Below are positions 15,293 to 24,404 of a stretch of DNA of 25,030 nucleotides, piece by piece (the stretch's first letter is position 1; every line of letters begins with the position of its first letter). This stretch comes from a virus. Its lineage: Duplodnaviria > Caudoviricetes. A model generated the notes under the pieces. That model was not told where the DNA came from and did no database searches. It was given only the letters and a program-made list of their open reading frames with translations. Both the position numbers and the translations under genes were made by a program. The stretch covers positions 1-25,030 of the IMG/VR virus record IMGVR_UViG_3300026626_000004; one strand, 5' to 3'.

Positions 15293-15919
15293 ATGCCAGA
15301 AGAAAAAAGCGGAATGAATATCGATCTTCAACTTTTTGCAGAAGATGGAGAAGATAATCAAGAAAATAACGATTCAAGTAATCAAGATAACAATCAAGAT
15401 AGTAAAAACAACCAAAATAACCAGGACAGTAACAAAAACAATGCAGATGATAACAAAAAAGATGAAAAAATAACAAAATTAGAAGAAAGATTAGAAAAAA
15501 TGTCAAAGATTTTAGAAAATTTAACTCCAAAAGATGAAGAAAAGAAAGAAGATTCTAAGAAAAAAGATAATAAAGAAAAATCAGATGTTGAGAAAGAGTT
15601 AGAAAAACTTAAAAATGAAGTTAAAATGAAAGACCTTGAAAATATGGCTGAGAAAACATTAGTTAAAGAAGGACTTTCAGATCACATGGATTCACTTTTA
15701 CCAATTGTTATGACTGATGATGCTGAAAAGATAACAGAAAATATTAAAACTCTTAAAACAATCATTGAAAAGTCAGCTCAAAAGAAAATTGATGACTTAA
15801 AAAAAGGTAAAGGAATTCAAGGTAATTCAGATTTATCAAAAGATCAAATTGATAAAGAAGTTGAAATGGCGTTGGGTGGAATTGGAGATTCTTCAAACTT
15901 AGATGATTTTTGGAAATAA
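15293..15919 (+). CDS. Capsid scaffolding protein with N-terminal LQLFA motif
   Basis: MNIDLQLFAE, N/Q/D-rich low-complexity linker, coiled coil; upstream of decoration and capsid genes. ATG 15293 is best spaced from AGGAGG. Confidence 0.85.
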   Translation: MPEEKSGMNIDLQLFAEDGEDNQENNDSSNQDNNQDSKNNQNNQDSNKNNADDNKKDEKITKLEERLEKMSKILENLTPKDEEKKEDSKKKDNKEKSDVEKELEKLKNEVKMKDLENMAEKTLVKEGLSDHMDSLLPIVMTDDAEKITENIKTLKTIIEKSAQKKIDDLKKGKGIQGNSDLSKDQIDKEVEMALGGIGDSSNLDDFWK

Positions 15920-15936
15920 TTCGGAGGTGAAATTAT

Positions 15937-16278
15937 ATGTTAAATCAAACTGATTATGGATCAGTAGCAAATTTTTTGGCAAGTGAACATAAGATTGTTT
16001 TGGGTGGTACTATTGATTCTTCGTTAATTACAACAACAGATAAGTATCTAGAAGCAGGAACTGTTTTAGGAAAAGTGACAGCTACGGGTAAATTAGCTGT
16101 TTATGACGATACTCAAACAGATGGGAGAGAAACAGCTGTGGGAATATTAATGGAACCAGTAGTAGCAGAGGAAGATGTTATGGTTACATATATGGTTCAT
16201 GGTGCAGTAATAGAAAGTAAATTGACAAGTTATGATGAAGCAGCTAAAACCGATTTACCACACATAATTTTCGTATAA
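15937..16278 (+). CDS. Head decoration protein (lambda gpD-like)
   Basis: AGTVLGKVTATGKLAVYD....DGRETAVGIL motif; precedes the major capsid gene. Confidence 0.85.
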   Translation: MLNQTDYGSVANFLASEHKIVLGGTIDSSLITTTDKYLEAGTVLGKVTATGKLAVYDDTQTDGRETAVGILMEPVVAEEDVMVTYMVHGAVIESKLTSYDEAAKTDLPHIIFV

Positions 16279-16291
16279 GAGGTGAAGACTT

Positions 16292-17308
16292 ATGAAGAAT
16301 ATCTATAATTTATTAGATTCAAAGAAATTTGTGGATCATGTAATGAACAGACCACAAAGAAATTATTTGGGAGCAGCAATATTTCCTTCTGAACCAACTG
16401 ATTCATTAAGATTTGAATATCTAAAAGGTGCTAATGCTAACCCAGTAATGGGTAATGTAATAGCGTGGGGTAAAGAAGCTCCTATAAGAGGTAGAGATAA
16501 TATGGCAACTATCTCTGGTAAAATCAACGCTATCAAATTAAAAATGAATCTTGGTGAGGAAAATATGATCAAATTATTCGAATCAAGAAATTCTGGTAGC
16601 AATATACCTCAATCAGTAATAAAGAAATATTTTGATGATGTAATTTACACATATGACGGTGTAGAAAACAAAATAGAATACTTAAGAATGCAAGCTCTTT
16701 GTAAAGGTATTCTTGACTATACTAATGATGGTTATCAGATCACCGTTGATTATTTAATGCCAACTGAAAACAAACCAACTGTATCTACATTATGGAGTGA
16801 TGAAACAAATTCAAATCCAGAAGCAGATATTTTCACATGGATGACTATGATAAAAGAAAATGGCGGATTAGCACCTACAAAAGCTATAACTTCAACAAAA
16901 GTATTAAATCACATATTGAACAACGCAAACCTAAGAAAAGCTATTTTAGGAGTTAATTCAGATAGATTATTGACTCAGAAAGATTTAAACGCTTATTTTG
17001 GTTCAAAAGGTTATCCTCAAGTTACTACATATGATTTACGAGCCAGAGATTTAGATGGAAATGTAAAAAGGTTCTTTGACGAAGACAAATTTGTTATACT
17101 TCCTGGAAATGGGCAAGCTGGTAAAACATTAGTAGCTCCTACAGCTGAATCATTATCAACAACAATGAAAAAAGTTAAAACATTGAAAGGTATTACAGTA
17201 ACTCAATGGGAAACTAATGATCCAGTTGATTTATGGACAAAGGCAGCAGGTGCTCAAATAGTAACCATGCCTTATGCAGAACAACAAGTTTCAGCAACTG
17301 TAATATAA
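16292..17308 (+). CDS. Major capsid protein (lambda gpE-like family)
   Basis: 338 aa; IEYLRMQALCKG, VDYLMP, WSD..SNPEADI..W, NDPVDLWTKA patterns; position. Confidence 0.88.
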   Translation: MKNIYNLLDSKKFVDHVMNRPQRNYLGAAIFPSEPTDSLRFEYLKGANANPVMGNVIAWGKEAPIRGRDNMATISGKINAIKLKMNLGEENMIKLFESRNSGSNIPQSVIKKYFDDVIYTYDGVENKIEYLRMQALCKGILDYTNDGYQITVDYLMPTENKPTVSTLWSDETNSNPEADIFTWMTMIKENGGLAPTKAITSTKVLNHILNNANLRKAILGVNSDRLLTQKDLNAYFGSKGYPQVTTYDLRARDLDGNVKRFFDEDKFVILPGNGQAGKTLVAPTAESLSTTMKKVKTLKGITVTQWETNDPVDLWTKAAGAQIVTMPYAEQQVSATVI

Positions 17309-17313
17309 ATAAT

Positions 17314-17341
17314 GCCGCCCTTAATGGGCGGTTAATTTTTT
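17314..17341 (+). terminator. Intrinsic terminator after the major capsid gene
   Basis: GCCGCCC-TTAAT-GGGCGGT followed by TAATTTTTT. Confidence 0.7.
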
Positions 17342-17356
17342 AGAGGAGGAAAAAAC

Positions 17357-17638
17357 ATGAAATATAAGGTATTAAAGCCAGTTACTTATAAAGGGAAAGT
17401 TGTAAATGAAGGAATAATTGAATTAGACAAAAATGAAGTAAGAGATACATTAGTTAAAAGAGGAGTTTTGGAAGAAATAAAAAAAAATGAAAACTCTGAT
17501 GAAAATAAGTTGACTGTTGAACAGTTAGAAGAAAATACAGTTCCAGAATTAAAAGAAATAGCTGAAAAAAAGAAAGTTGAATTAAAGGCAAAAGATACTA
17601 AAGAGGAGATAATCAAAAAAATAAGCGAAGTGATTTAA
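17357..17638 (+). CDS. Small virion-module protein with C-terminal Rho-N/HeH-like domain
   Basis: LEENTVPELKEIAEKKKVELKAKDTKEEIIKKI helix-extension-helix pattern. Confidence 0.7.
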   Translation: MKYKVLKPVTYKGKVVNEGIIELDKNEVRDTLVKRGVLEEIKKNENSDENKLTVEQLEENTVPELKEIAEKKKVELKAKDTKEEIIKKISEVI

Positions 17639-17639
17639 A

Positions 17640-17960
17640 ATGACAAATCTAGAAAAAATGAAAATAGAATTGAGAGATCAAAATGGAACTATATTTAATG
17701 ATACTGAGTTAGAATCTTTTTTAATAGATAATTCTCTAAATAAAAATGATGAATATGTATTAGAAAACAAGCCTAAATTAATGCTTTCAGTTAGAGATGC
17801 TTTAAGAAGCTTGCTAAGAGATTGGAATGCAGCTCAAACTAAAATATCAGGGGATATGCAAGAAAGCTATAGTAAAGGTGGAATAGTATCAGAAATAGAG
17901 AAAATAGAGAGGACATATCTAAATGATTTAATAATTGGAGCGATGGAGTATGAAGATTGA
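17640..17960 (+). CDS. Head-tail adaptor (putative)
   Basis: Size, position, IFNDTELESFL and KISGDMQESYS patterns. Confidence 0.65.
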   Translation: MTNLEKMKIELRDQNGTIFNDTELESFLIDNSLNKNDEYVLENKPKLMLSVRDALRSLLRDWNAAQTKISGDMQESYSKGGIVSEIEKIERTYLNDLIIGAMEYED

Positions 17961-18420
17961 ACTTGTAGGTTCTAAAGACATACAAAAAAAGATAAAACAA
18001 ATGAAGAAAAATGTTGGTCCAGAAAAAAGAAGAATTATGTTTGGTCAGGCAACAAGTTTACTTAAAAATTATCTCCAAAGATTATATGATCAAGAACTTG
18101 AAACTTCAAAAATAAAGAATAAATTATTTACTGAACAAAGTAGTGATAATGGAAAATTATATACAGACCAAATTCATGCAACTTTTCTTGAGTATGGAAC
18201 AAAGCCTCATGATATTTTCCCAAAAAGAAAACAAGCTCTATCTTGGTATGTTGGACCAAAACCAAAACCTCAAGGTTATATGGGCGATTCAGGCAAATGG
18301 GCTGTAGCAAAACATGTAAGACATCCAGGAACGAAAGCAAGACATTTTTTTAAGAGAACTTTAGAAGACAACGAAAATAAAATCCTTGAAATATTTAAAA
18401 GAGGGATAGAAGATGTATAA
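17950..18420 (+). CDS. HK97 gp10-like neck / tail-completion protein
   Basis: ATFLEYGTKPHDIFPK...VRHPGTKARHFFKR motif. ATG 17950 preferred. Confidence 0.82.
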   Translation: MKIELVGSKDIQKKIKQMKKNVGPEKRRIMFGQATSLLKNYLQRLYDQELETSKIKNKLFTEQSSDNGKLYTDQIHATFLEYGTKPHDIFPKRKQALSWYVGPKPKPQGYMGDSGKWAVAKHVRHPGTKARHFFKRTLEDNENKILEIFKRGIEDV

Positions 18421-18805
18421 CGAATTATTAGATAAAATAAAAAATGATTTATCTGTTATAAAAAACAATGACATTTTAATATTTGACAAAGTAACTAAAG
18501 GAGCTACGAAATCGGATGATGATTTGAACGTAGCTTCTATTTTTTTAGCAAATTCAAACCACGGACAGTTAACTTCAAGGAGATATGAAACAGAGCCAAC
18601 AATTAATTTAGTTTGTATTTTTAATAAAAAAAGAGATGATCTATCTCAAAATGAACTTTTTTTGCAAAGAAAGTATTCAGATATAGAAGTAATAGAAGAT
18701 TATTTTAAACAAAATTTTGTACTAACAAATACAGAGTTTAGTGAAGATAATAATGGTTTATATGTAATGATAACATTCAAAACAAGTGAGGTGAAAGCAA
18801 TATGA
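18413..18805 (+). CDS. Tail terminator / completion protein (putative)
   Basis: 130 aa, between the gp10-like gene and the tail tube gene. Confidence 0.6.
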   Translation: MYNELLDKIKNDLSVIKNNDILIFDKVTKGATKSDDDLNVASIFLANSNHGQLTSRRYETEPTINLVCIFNKKRDDLSQNELFLQRKYSDIEVIEDYFKQNFVLTNTEFSEDNNGLYVMITFKTSEVKAI

Positions 18806-19767
18806 GTATAGGAACTGGTGCAAAGTCAGCAGTAACTATTGGGGAAGAAACTACTTTTGCTACCGAAGCAGAAGTTAAGTATAAAGTTCCATTTACTTCT
18901 GAAAGTCTTAATCATAGTGTAGAAACAAATCAATCAGAAGCATTGTTAGGAAACAGGGCTGTTAAATCTCTTGCTCCTGGAAAAGAAGGAGCTGAAGGTT
19001 CTATTGATTTGGAAGCTTATCCTGGTATTATGGGATTTTTGTTTTATTTAGCCCTAGGAAAATCTGTTGCTTATGATTCTAATAGTGATTCTACAGATGA
19101 TTCAACAAAAATTATTCCTATTGGAATAACAGAGGATCTTCCTTCAGCAACTATAGAAGTAGATCATTCAGGAAATAAAATAAAATACACTGGTATGACA
19201 GTTAATTCATTGAGTTTTTCTGGAGCTGTAGGAGATATTCCAACTATGTCTGTAGATTTTACTGGTAAAGAAGAGATTATAGGAGCAGCTACTGTAAGTT
19301 CTACTCTCGTAGAACCAGGTGAGGATCCTTATTACTTTAAAGAATTAACTCTTTACAACGACGAATTTACAACCGTTGCTGATTTGTATTCATCTATTGA
19401 TATAGAGATAAATAACAACATAGATGCAGATGATTATCGTTTAGACGGAACAGGAAAAAGAAAAAGTGTTACTGCTAATAAGTTAGAAGTTACTGGATCA
19501 GTAAACATTTATTTTGATTCTTCCGTTCTAACTAATGAATATAGCAAATACAAAAATTTTGAAGATGCTAAGATAGGTATTAAACTAGTAAAAGATACAG
19601 GCGAAGAATTACAGATATTTTTACCAAGAATAAAATTCACAGAAATGCCTCATGACATTGGTGGAGCAGATAAGATAAGTCTTAATGCTAATTTTACATC
19701 AATAACTCCAGCTTTAGGTGATGTTATTGAAGTTGTAGATAAAACTAACGATACAGGTACATATTAA
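18802..19767 (+). CDS. Major tail tube protein
   Basis: IGEETTFAT, PFTSESL, LPSATIE, YTGMTVNSLSFS, EVTGSV motifs; acidic, beta-rich. Confidence 0.85.
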   Translation: MSIGTGAKSAVTIGEETTFATEAEVKYKVPFTSESLNHSVETNQSEALLGNRAVKSLAPGKEGAEGSIDLEAYPGIMGFLFYLALGKSVAYDSNSDSTDDSTKIIPIGITEDLPSATIEVDHSGNKIKYTGMTVNSLSFSGAVGDIPTMSVDFTGKEEIIGAATVSSTLVEPGEDPYYFKELTLYNDEFTTVADLYSSIDIEINNNIDADDYRLDGTGKRKSVTANKLEVTGSVNIYFDSSVLTNEYSKYKNFEDAKIGIKLVKDTGEELQIFLPRIKFTEMPHDIGGADKISLNANFTSITPALGDVIEVVDKTNDTGTY

Positions 19768-19779
19768 GGAGGAATAGCA

Positions 19780-20154
19780 ATGGCATTCATAATTGATACT
19801 AACAAAACTAAAAAAGTATATTTTGATGAAAAAATGGAAGTTTCAGAAAAGGAAACTAAAGATTATGTAGAAATTTTAGCAGAACCAAACATTGAAGTAG
19901 TAGAAGATATTAAAAAAGCAATCAAACCAAAAAACTTAAAAATAGCTAGAGATATGTCTATGGAAATGGAAATGTCAAGTCTTGGCCATATACCTTTGGA
20001 AATCGTTGCAAAAGTTGTAAAGGGTTGGAGTGAAGATGAACCTTTAAATTTAAACACTTTAAAAACAAAGGTACACTCAAAACTAATAAACAATCTTTGG
20101 AATGAGATACTCCACGAATATGGATTAGATCAACAAAATGATATTAAGTTTTAA
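19780..20154 (+). CDS. Tail assembly chaperone (gpG-like)
   Basis: Between tube and tape measure; VVKGWS motif; strong AAGGAGG RBS. Confidence 0.72.
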   Translation: MAFIIDTNKTKKVYFDEKMEVSEKETKDYVEILAEPNIEVVEDIKKAIKPKNLKIARDMSMEMEMSSLGHIPLEIVAKVVKGWSEDEPLNLNTLKTKVHSKLINNLWNEILHEYGLDQQNDIKF

Positions 20155-20638
20155 TGGAGTAAAAGTTTTATTCAAAGAAATTGATTTAAAGTCTTTAATG
20201 ACAATAGAAAATGGAGGAAGGATTTATGAGATCCTTCCTTTTTTAATTTTAGAGTGGAGTATTGATAAAAAAATAAGTTTTAAAAATGTATTGAATTTAA
20301 GTCCTGAAGCAGCGGAAAGGATTTATAAAGAATCGAGAAAAGAATATGATTTATTAGAAAATATTGAAGAAAATATGTTATCTGGTTGGATAGCAAGTAC
20401 TATAAAAAAGTCAGGTAATCAAAAAATATCTTTTAGAGGATTTGAAGATAAAGAAATTAAAGTAATTAAAGAATGTTTAAAAATAAAAAATACTCTATTT
20501 GATCACAGAGGAAATATGATTAGTTATCCAGAAAGAGGAGGATATTTAGAGCAGAATGCAAAATATATGTACTTTTTAAGGATTTATCAAGAACAATTGA
20601 AAATACATTATAACAATCTATCAAAAAGAAAAAAATAG
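20138..20638 (+). CDS. Second tail assembly chaperone ORF (gpT-like)
   Basis: Overlaps the previous gene in the +1 frame; weak RBS; YPERGGYLEQN motif near the C-terminus. Confidence 0.65.
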   Translation: MILSFNGVKVLFKEIDLKSLMTIENGGRIYEILPFLILEWSIDKKISFKNVLNLSPEAAERIYKESRKEYDLLENIEENMLSGWIASTIKKSGNQKISFRGFEDKEIKVIKECLKIKNTLFDHRGNMISYPERGGYLEQNAKYMYFLRIYQEQLKIHYNNLSKRKK

Positions 20639-20650
20639 GAGGTGGCTGAT

Positions 20651-23600
20651 ATGGCTAATGCAGCTACCATGAGTATTATTATAAATGCAAAAGATATGGC
20701 TTCAAAAACTATAGCTGGTATAGGTGGTTCTTTGAATAATCTACAAAAAACAGCTAATAGAGTTCAAAGAAGCTTTAATGATTTTAAAAATTCATATAAT
20801 GAATTAGCAAGAGGTGCAGAAATAGCTTTAGGTGCAATAGGTGCAGCTGGTGGAGCTATATTCATGTTTTCTAAAAATACAGAAAAGGCTATGGCTAATG
20901 CTTCAACAATGTTTAATAAGACTGCAAAAGATTTTGAAAAATATTTAGGAAAAGATATATCGAAAATATCAATGCAATATGGTCAAAACTTAGAATCAAT
21001 GTGGCAAGCAACATATGATTTAGGATCAGCTGGAATTACATTAGAAAATGTCCCTGCAGTATTACAAAAAGTTGCTAAAGCAGCGGTTGCAGGTAATACT
21101 GATACATCTACAGCATTTACAGGAGCTATAAAACAGATAAAAGCTTTTGGTTTAGAAATAAAAGACCTTGAAAGAGTTTTCGCTGTACAATTCCAAAGTG
21201 TTCAAAAAGGGTTACTCACTTATGAAGAGTTAGCTCAATCAATACCAGAAGTTGCAGCGACAGCTAGAACTCTTGGTGAAAATTGGGTTGATGCAACAGC
21301 AACTTTTGCAGAATTAACAAAATATATGCCTGATGCCTCTCAAGCGGCTAATGCTCTATCAAATGTATATAATGAATTGACAGAGAAATCAGAAAGTTTG
21401 AAAGAAGCGGGTATTGAATTATATAGAGACGGAAAATTTATTGGTTTTTCAAAAGTTTTAAGACAAATAACTTCTCAGATTGATGGAAAAACAAATGAAG
21501 AAGTTGCACAGTTTTTCAATTCATTGGGTTTATCAGAAGAAGCTGGGAATGCTGTAAAAATTTTAGTAAATAACTATGAAAGCTTGCAAAACACATTAAG
21601 CAGCACAACTGATGATGTTTCAGCTTTAAATGAAATGTTTGAAAAGCAAACAAGTACAGCAGAGTGGCAGTTTAGAAAATTAGTTGTTGTTTTAGACAAC
21701 CTTAAGCAAACAATATACAGTGCTTTTAAAGATACATTAGGAAAATGGATTCAAAAAGCAGCTGTTTGGGTTCAAGGCCTTACGAGATGGATTGAAGAAA
21801 ATAAAGACCAGTTTGTTGAATTAATAAGTGCTGTTGTAAGGCTTTTAGGAGTTATTATCGGATTCAATATCGCATTAAATATATTTAGCAAGTTAGGTTC
21901 AGTATTATCTGCTCTTACTAATCCTTTCACTTGGATATTGGGAGCAATTGCAGCAGTTTTCACAATGCTTGAAGATCAACAAAAGGAAGCTATATTTGAA
22001 TGGATAGGCAAAGCTATAGACAATATAATTTCTTATGTAAAAGAGCTATTCTCATTATTGTCTAACGATGGATTTATGGCTGTATTACAAAAGATATTTA
22101 AAGATATTGGCAGTTTGTTTGGAAATATAGGCAACTTTACTATTGGGATAGCTGTTGAAGTTGTTAAATGGCTTGGAGACAAAATACCAGAATGGATAAA
22201 TAAAGGTAAACAAGCTATTGATATGCTCATAGCTAAGGTTGATGAAAGTGGATTACCTCAATGGGCTAAGAATGTTTTAAAAGGAGCTTTAAATACAGCA
22301 AAATTAGCTTTAGAGTTAGCTGGTGATGCTTATGATTGGCTTTCTGGAATAATTGGTGCAACTAAAGAAATGTTTTTAAATATAAAAAATGGTGAAGATA
22401 GTCCCTTAAGTGCAGTATTAAAATGGTTATCTTCAATTGTAGATACAACTGTAAAATTTGGAATAAATATATTATCTGATGTTTTGGGTTGGCTTTATGG
22501 ATTATTTGGGGCTGATTCAGAAGCAGTAGAAAATTTTAAAATAAATTTAGAAGGTACTGCATGGGAATGGTATGAAAAAATGAAAGAGTGGGAAGATAAT
22601 GCAATACAGATTACATTAGACTTGTTGATGGGAAAAAATGAATTTGAAGATGGAACTTTATTTAATATAGGGCCATTCGGTGAAGAAAAGAAAAATGATG
22701 GTTGGTTAAAATATCTCATTCCATCACCAGAGATTTTTTTACCAGGTGGTTATAAAGGTGGACAATTTGATGTTGGTGGATATACAGGAGACGGGGGAAA
22801 ATATCAACCTGCTGGGATAGTTCATGCGGGGGAATATGTTATTCCGCAGTGGCTTGTTAAAAAAGCTCCTGGACTTGTTGGAACGATTGAAAATGTCAGA
22901 AAACAAGGATACGCAAATGGTGGAGCTGTTGGATTTTTACCTGGTTATTTTGATGGTGGAGATGTTGTTGAATTATTAAAAAAATACTTCATAGGTGGGG
23001 AAGAAGATAGTGGAGTTAGTAAAGATATAAATACAACCACAGACACAGTTGGATATATATTTGATTTTGTTAAGAATTACATACCAGAGCAAGAAGAGGA
23101 GTTATCAGTTATTCAGCAAGCAGTGAATGAAATGCTTGGAATCCAAAAATCAGATGAAGAAAAACCAGAAAAAAGTAATGTAGAAAAAACCATAGATAAG
23201 TTATATACATTCTTTCCAGAAATGAAGCAGTATTACGATAAAGATAAAGGTGAAGCAGGTAATTTAGGTAAAATATTCTCTTTGGGTATGGCAGGGCAAG
23301 GGAGTATGAAAGATAACTTCCTTGGAGGTTTTGCTGGTTTATTTAAAGATTTAATAGGTCCTCTTGGAGAAGCTGTTGCAATGCTTTCAAATGTTCAAGC
23401 TCTTTTAAATCCAATAACAACAATTGTAGAAGGAATGATGACAATATTAGGGCCATTGATAAACAATGCTCTTATGCCTTTTGTCAATATACTTACAAAT
23501 CTTGGTAAAATGCTTGGTACTTTATTAGTTCCTTTGTTAAATCCACTTTTAGCTGGTTTACAAGCTTTTGCAGCAGTATTAACATGGATGTATAACAAAG

Positions 23601-23986
23601 TAATAAGACCTATAGCTCAGGGGTTTTATATTGCTTTTGGAATGGTAGCCTCTGGGTTTAATGATCTTTATAATACTATATCTTGGTTTATTGGGGAAAT
23701 TACTTTTGGAGCTATAAACATGGGTAAAAGAGCAGTAAAATCAATGGATCAAATCATAAAAGAAGCAGGAGAAAAATTCCAGGAAATTGATATCAAAAAA
23801 CAAGACGAATATAACACAGAATATAAGAGTTCAGTTACTAGCTCTGGCCCAGAAAATGTTTATAATACTTTTAATATAAATGCTAATGATAGTTTTATTC
23901 AAGATAGTCAAGAAAAATTCAAAACTTTAATATTCAAACTAATAAAAGAATATGAAAAAGAATCAGGTTTAAAATTTGCAACTTAA
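20651..23986 (+). CDS. Tail tape measure protein
   Basis: About 1110 aa; IIINAKDMAS N-terminus, TP901-type core (YDLGSAG, KAAVAG), Trp-spaced amphipathic repeats, GGYTGDGGKYQPAGIVH.GEYV motif. ATG 20651 is 8 nt after AGGAGG. Confidence 0.95.
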   Translation: MANAATMSIIINAKDMASKTIAGIGGSLNNLQKTANRVQRSFNDFKNSYNELARGAEIALGAIGAAGGAIFMFSKNTEKAMANASTMFNKTAKDFEKYLGKDISKISMQYGQNLESMWQATYDLGSAGITLENVPAVLQKVAKAAVAGNTDTSTAFTGAIKQIKAFGLEIKDLERVFAVQFQSVQKGLLTYEELAQSIPEVAATARTLGENWVDATATFAELTKYMPDASQAANALSNVYNELTEKSESLKEAGIELYRDGKFIGFSKVLRQITSQIDGKTNEEVAQFFNSLGLSEEAGNAVKILVNNYESLQNTLSSTTDDVSALNEMFEKQTSTAEWQFRKLVVVLDNLKQTIYSAFKDTLGKWIQKAAVWVQGLTRWIEENKDQFVELISAVVRLLGVIIGFNIALNIFSKLGSVLSALTNPFTWILGAIAAVFTMLEDQQKEAIFEWIGKAIDNIISYVKELFSLLSNDGFMAVLQKIFKDIGSLFGNIGNFTIGIAVEVVKWLGDKIPEWINKGKQAIDMLIAKVDESGLPQWAKNVLKGALNTAKLALELAGDAYDWLSGIIGATKEMFLNIKNGEDSPLSAVLKWLSSIVDTTVKFGINILSDVLGWLYGLFGADSEAVENFKINLEGTAWEWYEKMKEWEDNAIQITLDLLMGKNEFEDGTLFNIGPFGEEKKNDGWLKYLIPSPEIFLPGGYKGGQFDVGGYTGDGGKYQPAGIVHAGEYVIPQWLVKKAPGLVGTIENVRKQGYANGGAVGFLPGYFDGGDVVELLKKYFIGGEEDSGVSKDINTTTDTVGYIFDFVKNYIPEQEEELSVIQQAVNEMLGIQKSDEEKPEKSNVEKTIDKLYTFFPEMKQYYDKDKGEAGNLGKIFSLGMAGQGSMKDNFLGGFAGLFKDLIGPLGEAVAMLSNVQALLNPITTIVEGMMTILGPLINNALMPFVNILTNLGKMLGTLLVPLLNPLLAGLQAFAAVLTWMYNKVIRPIAQGFYIAFGMVASGFNDLYNTISWFIGEITFGAINMGKRAVKSMDQIIKEAGEKFQEIDIKKQDEYNTEYKSSVTSSGPENVYNTFNINANDSFIQDSQEKFKTLIFKLIKEYEKESGLKFAT

Positions 23987-23990
23987 TAAC

Positions 23991-24013
23991 GAAGCCCTTC
24001 GGGGCTTCTTTTT
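23991..24013 (+). terminator. Intrinsic terminator with UUCG tetraloop after the tape measure gene
   Basis: GAAGCCC-TTCG-GGGCTTC-TTTTT. Confidence 0.85.
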
Positions 24014-24027
24014 ATGGAGGTATTTAT

Positions 24028-24363
24028 ATGATTGCAAGTACAGAGAAACCTAAACAAATAATAATTTTAAATAGTAAAGATGATATAAAAAATGGAAAGG
24101 TGAAAGTTAAGTTTGCTTTCAGATATTCAATAATTGAAACAACAATGGAGCAGACTTCTTTCAATGAAGAAACAGGAGAAGAAGTGATTAATGAAGTGCC
24201 AGCATGGGAATATAAAGAATATATTTCTGAACAAGAATTTGATTTATTTTTAAAATCGTCAATTCCAGATATATTAAAAAGTTTATACACAGAAATCAGC
24301 CCTAAGCTAGAAAGTTTAGGTGGATATGCAGATGTTGAATTGCCTCGAGAGTTCGATATTTAA
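24028..24363 (+). CDS. Hypothetical acidic tail-module protein (111 aa)
   Basis: GGAGGT RBS; lies between tape measure and fibre genes. Confidence 0.75.
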   Translation: MIASTEKPKQIIILNSKDDIKNGKVKVKFAFRYSIIETTMEQTSFNEETGEEVINEVPAWEYKEYISEQEFDLFLKSSIPDILKSLYTEISPKLESLGGYADVELPREFDI

Positions 24364-24392
24364 TGCGTATAATTTGTATTATACGAAGCAAA
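24359..24392. other. loxP/dif-like inverted-repeat site (candidate tyrosine recombinase target)
   Basis: AATGCGTATAA-TTTGTA-TTATACGAAGC (24362-24389, 11-6-11); perfect inverted repeat CGTATAAT/ATTATACG. Confidence 0.5.
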
Positions 24393-24404
24393 GGAGTGAG
24401 ATAA

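Noticed and set aside
15350-15460. Short repeats in the scaffold gene as a CRISPR or VNTR array
   Set aside because: They encode an N/Q/D-rich low-complexity linker; there is no constant repeat with unique spacers.
20090-20154. Canonical -1 slippery heptamer in the tail chaperone
   Set aside because: The downstream ORF is in the +1 frame, so a -1 shift would not reach it.
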